A stretch of 64,000 nt of DNA from Rhizodiscina lignyota (taxonomy: Eukaryota): positions 868,001-932,000 of the forward strand of contig ML978123.1 in NCBI GenBank assembly GCA_010015805.1, in the 5' to 3' direction. Position 1 is the stretch's first letter; every line of letters begins with the position of its first letter. Made by a program: the position numbers and the translations under genes. The notes beneath the pieces were generated by a model, which was not told the origin of the DNA, ran no database searches, and saw only the letters and a program-made list of their open reading frames with translations. Below, in pieces: positions 59,330 to 64,000 of the stretch.

Positions 59330-61103
59330 ATGGCAGTCATCGCACTCCCGTCGTCGGTCGCAGCAATCGTCGCTGAGCTCCCCCGGTCTCTGGTTCTGAG
59401 CCTTACGCCAATCATCTTTATCGGGGTTCTTTTAGTGTTCACCAATGTCTTCACGACAATCCGCTACCACCTAGCCCAGCGCCGAAATGCCTCTTCGACA
59501 AAACCTCAGTTGCCAGCTCCTCTCCCATATACGCTTCCCTTCTTGGGCCAGGCACTATCGTGGCTTGCTCCCCAACCCGGGCTCTTCTGGCATAGAATCT
59601 TCAATGCGTATCCGGACCTTCGCCGTAGCGGGACGTGTACGCTTCAACTCGCAAATCAAAGGGCTCATATCCTCTTCGCCCCAGCGGCAGTGCAAGCGCT
59701 CTTTCGGGCTCCGCTGACGCGATATCAATTCAACAAGAAGCTCCTCACCACCTCTCTCGGATTGTCGGAAAGGGAGGCCGCACTTTTTGTTGGCCTTGAT
59801 GATGATACCATAGATCCAGATACAGGACTGAACGCGATACAGCTGCAGGAGAGAATGAACCATGAGTACTTGCTGAAGCCAGAGAGGGTGAACGAATTGA
59901 CGAAAGAATTCATCAGAGTATTAAAGGACACGCTCGATGGTGAATTGAAGAATGAAGGCGAAGAGGTAGAACTTGACCTATACGAGTGGGTGAGGAATCG
60001 TATGTTCAAGGCCTCGACAGATGCCTTCTTCGGTACAAATATGATGGAGATGATGGGACCCCAGTTCGAGGAAGACTTCTATGAGTTTGATCGAAGCTTT
60101 TTGACAATGTTCTTCGGGGTACCGAGATTATTCGCACCAAATGCGTTCAATGTGCGCGACAGGTTGTTGGATGGCCTGGAGCGATGGCAGAAGCAGATGC
60201 AGGAGAACACAAATGGCGTTCCTGCTGATCCAGATGGAGACATCGACTGGGAGCCCAATTATGGCAGCCGTGTAAGTTCTCTTGCGCATGACACATATCA
60301 ACATCGGCCGTGCTAATCTTTTCTATCAACATCAGGCGGATCGAGCGCGCCAACAGTATTATGCTAAGCGTGGCCTGTCTCTGCGCGCGAGAGGCGGAAT
60401 GGATCTCGGCTTCCTTTTCGGCGCAAGCAGCAATGCTATTCCCGCGACTGGTTGGATGCTCATGCACATTATCGACCCTAATGGAGATAAGACTGTCTTG
60501 CCGCGCGTGATGGAGGAATTGCAGACTGCGAAGAATCCAGATGGTACGGTCAATATCCAGACGTTAATTGCGCTACCTCTTGTGGCCAGCATTTTCCATG
60601 AGATCCTTAGGCTTTACGTCGACGTCCTCGTTACGAGGGAGATCAGTCACGATACGGTTTTGCCTCTTGAGGAAGGCAAGAATCCTAGACAGACCCTTCT
60701 CAAAGGTGGAGGTGTTGTCATGGCACCATCTTTCCTTGGCCACCGTGATGCGAAGGTTTGGTCTCCTCCAGGTATGCCGCCATACGACGTCTTTTATGCA
60801 GACCGCTTCCTTAAGACCGATCCAGAGACCGGTAAAACTGTCTTCTCAACTGCTGGATCCGTCGGAAAACTGTTTCCTTTCGGAGGAGGTCGTACGATAT
60901 GTCCGGGAAGAGTCTTTGCGAAGCAGGAGGTCCTGGGAAGTGTGGCGTATATGTTGCTGAACTTTGAGTTTGAGGTGCTGAAGTACGTGGATGTGAAGGG
61001 CAAGACGGTGAATCACTTTCCAGGACTCAGGGAGGGTTTCTCGGGGTCGGGTATCATGGTCATGGGAGGCGATGTGCGGGTAAAGATGAAGAGACGACGA
61101 TGA
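59330..61103 (+). CDS. Cytochrome P450, CYP7/CYP8-like
   Basis: N-terminal TM, LPYTLPFLG, I-helix FGASSNAIPATGW, EILR (ExxR), ADRF, heme motif PFGGGRTICPGR. Intron 60272-60335. Confidence 0.93.
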
Positions 61104-61395
61104 TTGCGAACAGTATCGCTGATTTATTCAGCGATCCGTACTCTGGAGTTGGGATAACGTTTTCTGAATATTTGCATAAGGTTGCCTCAACAGATAGTAC
61201 TTTCACTCCAAGAGAGATGTATTATGTTCCACAGAGAGGGGTATATGCTTCTAAAATGTTTTTGGGGCAATGACTTGAGCTCGGAGTTGCAAGAAGAACG
61301 CGGCTCTATTGTAAATCTATATATACCATATGTCGCATGTGAAATTTCTACTTGGAGTCGAAATGCGAACGGGCAACGGGATATGCCTCTGAACA

Positions 61396-61496
61396 GCTAA
61401 AGTGCGACGCTAAAGTGCGACGCCCATGTTCATCAATCAGTTGCACTAAAAAGGTTAGCGCGCTAATTTCGCGTCGCGTCGCGACTTTGAACGCGT
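61396..61496. promoter_or_regulatory. MCB-like CGCG cluster upstream of MCM3, plus a 13-bp direct repeat
   Basis: TCGCGTCGCGTCGCGA at ~61469-61484, ACGCGT at 61491, GCTAAAGTGCGAC twice at 61396-61421. Confidence 0.6.
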
Positions 61497-61666
61497 CTTC
61501 TTGATCCTCCGCCCCACCAGTGAAGTTCCAACAAGAACATCTCGGACCTACGAAATTGTCTTTACTGTGCTCAGCCAGACTCTGTTCACTCCTTGAAGGG
61601 TTCTATCGCATTGACAGTTCTTCCACCTCGGCAATCTGAGCGCATTCGCGCCTCCTTCCCCTAAAA

Positions 61667-64000
<2,334 letters not shown>

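Noticed and set aside
51321..61103. Secondary-metabolite or ergothioneine cluster (EGT2 with the P450)
   Set aside because: No EGT1, PKS, NRPS, terpene synthase, transporter or cluster regulator nearby; the intervening genes are unrelated.

Overview
Eukaryotic, intron-rich fungal genomic DNA from a filamentous ascomycete (Pezizomycotina; Dothideomycetes-like by gene content, which is an inference). It is gene-dense, with about 23 intact genes: a coiled-coil protein possibly related to monopolin Mde4, OST3/6, RFT1, a SLATT_fungal 2TM protein, a HET-domain protein, AUR1, an Ace2/Swi5-like C2H2 factor, ubiquitin-S27a, ATG9, COG6, an Srp1-like SR protein, NAB2, TAF12, NIF3, an NAD(P)-binding oxidoreductase, a cyclin-fold-like protein, POM33, septin CDC3/AspB, EGT2, an uncharacterised type-I membrane protein, a pseudokinase, a CYP7-like P450 and the 5' part of MCM3. 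Between them lie damaged F-box-like genes, a probable RIP-like pseudogene and two diverged tandem-repeat arrays (about 110/220 bp and about 166 bp periods). No rRNA, tRNA, CRISPR array or intact transposon was recognised. Best leads: (1) a head-to-head SLATT effector plus HET-domain gene pair, a candidate fungal immunity/cell-death module; (2) a donor-branch-acceptor triplet packed into 22 nt inside the Ace2 ORF, which could allow an isoform lacking the NDR-kinase sites; (3) an F-box gene broken by one in-frame TAG; (4) the ~166-bp repeat array behind the ubiquitin-S27a gene. Intron coordinates were read by eye and family calls come from motif recognition, not database searches.
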